Below are positions 35,177 to 37,803 of a stretch of 37,803 nucleotides of DNA, piece by piece (position 1 is the first letter of the stretch; each line of letters opens with the position of its first letter). Under the pieces are notes generated by a model. That model had not been told where the DNA came from and did not search any database. It saw only the letters and a program-made list of their open reading frames with translations. Origin of the DNA: Octopus sinensis (taxonomy: Eukaryota); contig NW_021835888.1 of assembly GCF_006345805.1 (NCBI RefSeq), positions 1 to 37,803 on the forward strand. The letters run 5' to 3'. The translations under genes and the position numbers were made by a program.

Positions 35177-35325
35177 ATATATATATGTATTAATCAGCTG
35201 AAATTGCGAAGATGATCCGGTTCTTGACTGAAGATTGAAGGCTTCGAATGTCCCGTCCGTGTTTTTGTATCGTCTTCTAAATGTTTCACGTTCTTGTCCC
35301 AGTTTGTATATTTTTTTACATACTA

Positions 35326-35327
<2 letters not shown>

Positions 35328-35371
<44 letters not shown>

Positions 35372-35521
35372 CATACATACATACATACATACATACATAC
35401 ATACATACATGTATATATATATATACATACATACATACATACATACATACATACGTACATACATACTACACAGACATACATGTGTATGTATGTGTGTGTG
35501 TATGTGTGTGTGTGTGTGTGC

Positions 35522-35556
<35 letters not shown>
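35328..35556. repeat. (TA)n-(TACA)n-(TG)n-(GA)n compound microsatellite
   Basis: Direct inspection. Confidence 0.95.
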
Positions 35557-35958
35557 TAGAACCTATAGTTTAAAGCTTACAGTGAAAGAATTACCATACA
35601 TCGCTTGCAGTAGGTTTTCCACTTTATAATTTAGTGCATCAGGTTTACAGCTGTCTATAGGCTATTTATTCACTCAGTTAGGCAATAGAGAACTACACCG
35701 TACAATGTCCCCTTCGAGCTGATGGAATACCTCCAGCAGAATCGAACTGAAATAGTACGTCTGAGATGAATAGCATGGCCACTCGACCGTTTCAACTCAT
35801 ATATAGATTAAAGATAGTAATGCAGAGGTAGAAGCAGTAATAGTAGTTGGAGAAGAAGGAGGAGGAGGAGGAGGAGTGGTAGGGGTGGTGGATAATAAAG
35901 AGTAGGAGGAGAAGAATCACCGACAGAATGTAGTAAGTGCGAAATATACGGAACCAGT

Positions 35959-36100
35959 CATACATACATACATACATACATGCATACATACGTACATACA
36001 TACATAATACATACATACATACATACATACATACATACATACATACATACATACATACATACATACATACATACATAAATATATATATATACATATATAT
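35959..36100. repeat. (CATA)n microsatellite
   Basis: Direct inspection. Confidence 0.95.
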
Positions 36101-36195
36101 TCAAAATTACCATTCCTGAATTAGTTATTTATACATTCAAAATCAAAGATTCTTCCTCTGTTTCCATAACACATTGACGTGTCCCATCATGTTTT

Positions 36196-36665
36196 TATGG
36201 TGATGATGATGATGATGATGATGATGGTGATGACGACGACGACGACGACAAGGAGAAAGACAAGAAGGATGAGAAGGGGGAAAGGATGAAGGGGAGGAGG
36301 GTAAATATAGTAGTGATCATATTGATGATGATGATGATGATAATGATGATGATGATGACGCCTACGACAGTGATAATGATGATGATGATGATGATGATGA
36401 CGACAATGACAATGAGGTGGAGGAGGAAGAAGAGGAAGAAGTGAAGGACAGGTAGGAGGAGGAAGAGAAGAACCAGGTGGAGGTGAAGGATGAGGAAGAG
36501 AAGAACTGGGTGGAGGTGAAGGAGGAGGAAAAAAAAGAGGGTGAAGGGTAGGAGGGAGAAGAAGGTAGTAAACATTGATGATGCAAGCCTTGATGTTGAT
36601 GATAATGAGGATGCTGCTGCTGCTGGTGATGATGATTACGACGATGATGATGATGGTGATGATGG
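36196..36665. repeat. (GAT)n/(GAC)n/(GAG)n purine-rich low-complexity tract
   Basis: Direct inspection. Confidence 0.9.
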
Positions 36666-36783
36666 CATCGTCACCTTTTGTTATTTACATTTAGAATTTG
36701 CTCACGTCATTACAACGAACAATAATATCAGAGAGAATCCTTTCATCCCAAACACATCACAGTCCAGTTTATTTATGTGTTGT

Positions 36784-36835
<52 letters not shown>

Positions 36836-36980
36836 TGTGCGTGCGTGTTTGTGGTTGCATATGCTTACACATGCGCACACACAGTGTACGTACACGTACG
36901 TATATCCTTCAGTGATTCCTTTTGAAATATTGAAAGGCTCAAAGCCTTCAGCTACACATATAGATGTGTTTAATTTTGTT

Positions 36981-37030
36981 CACCACCACCACCATCACCA
37001 CCACCACCACTACTACTACTACTACTACTG

Positions 37031-37086
<56 letters not shown>
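36981..37086. repeat. (CAC)n-(TAC)n microsatellite
   Basis: Direct inspection. Confidence 0.95.
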
Positions 37087-37087
<1 letters not shown>

Positions 37088-37239
37088 GACACAGTTTCTG
37101 TATTAGTAGACTGATCAGTGTTTCTGTTTAATCGAATTCATATCAATATGTCGTCTATTTTAGTTAGCGGAATTGATTGGCTTTTATTGATTCGATATAG
37201 GTGAGTGCACATTTTATGTACGTGTTTACACATATAAAT

Positions 37240-37260
37240 ACATGTATGCATACATACACA

Positions 37261-37358
<98 letters not shown>

Positions 37359-37375
37359 TATAGATATATATATAT
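37240..37375. repeat. (CATA)n-(TA)n microsatellite
   Basis: Direct inspection. Confidence 0.95.
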
Positions 37376-37505
37376 CAATGCATCAATGTATGTTTGTATG
37401 TATGTATTTTCCATTTTTAATTATTTGAAATCTTCCCGTGAGGAAGGAGCAGTTTTCTAGCAGATACGAAACTCCGTCGTTGGAAAGTAGATAACAGAGA
37501 CAAGT

Positions 37506-37803
37506 TTAAAATGAGAACATTTTGAACATGAGAAAAGTCTTGCAGGTTTTCATTGTTTCGCCTACTGATTGTATAAACTGATTGATTTCGTTGTCTAAAA
37601 ACCCCAGCGTTCCAGGCATTTACTCACAAAACGAAATGCATTTATTGGTATAAATGGGAATTTATAATCTACGTATAGAAGCTGGTGTTTTCGAAGCATC
37701 GCTTCATATACATATTACTAAGATGTTGGCAATGTGCAGGTGAACATCTGGATGGATTCTGAAAACTTTCGGAACGCTGGACCAGAAAATTATGCTTGTT
37801 GTT
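37506..37803 (-). mobile_element. Decayed 3' end of an RLE-type non-LTR retrotransposon related to 7738-8170
   Basis: Minus strand NVYEAMLRKHQLLYVDYKFPFIPI...FVSKCLE, frameshift, then LDNEINQFIQSVGETMKTCKTFLMFKM. This parallels LLRNLQLLYSDYKFRF...GTVKICKTF at 8 kb. Confidence 0.7.

Noticed and set aside
35224-35260. Hammerhead-like CTGAAGA...gaaggcttc-GAAT in a short TA-flanked element
   Set aside because: GAAA is broken, stem II has no viable loop, and stems I and III cannot be built; at most a relic.
35715-35766. CTGATGG...GAAA tagtacg TC, a possible decayed hammerhead
   Set aside because: Core mismatch at A9 and no stem II pairing.
36195-36915. Acidic D/E-rich coding exon
   Set aside because: GAT/GAG microsatellite mosaic with stops and frame changes, and no splice evidence.

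Overview
This is AT-rich, repeat-dominated animal nuclear DNA with no intact host gene or functional rRNA/tRNA gene visible. The SINE families and the extreme microsatellite load look like an octopus (coleoid cephalopod) genome; that assignment is inference from pattern recognition. Most ORFs in the supplied track are microsatellite artefacts. Decayed mobile elements include a hAT/Buster-type transposase, two mariner elements, three 3' fragments of restriction-like-endonuclease (R4/Dong-type) LINEs, a 5'-truncated RTE LINE and a possible Helitron N-terminal remnant. About 20 tRNA-derived SINE copies fall into four head types; several have clear TSDs, nesting or swapped tails. A diverged 28S rRNA fragment is also present. 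The most interesting signal is six type I hammerhead ribozyme folds (four well formed, two degenerate) from unrelated small non-coding elements in or beside microsatellites, resembling Penelope-like-element (PLE)/retrozyme sequences. Two of these elements (5595-5958, 22853-23055) share one architecture: a fold-back palindrome with a 1-nt centre, whose right arm carries the ribozyme and whose left arm lacks that module between 6-bp direct repeats. The hammerhead at 22922-22972 has a swapped G3-C8 catalytic core (GUGAACA). All folds were derived by eye and no activity has been shown.
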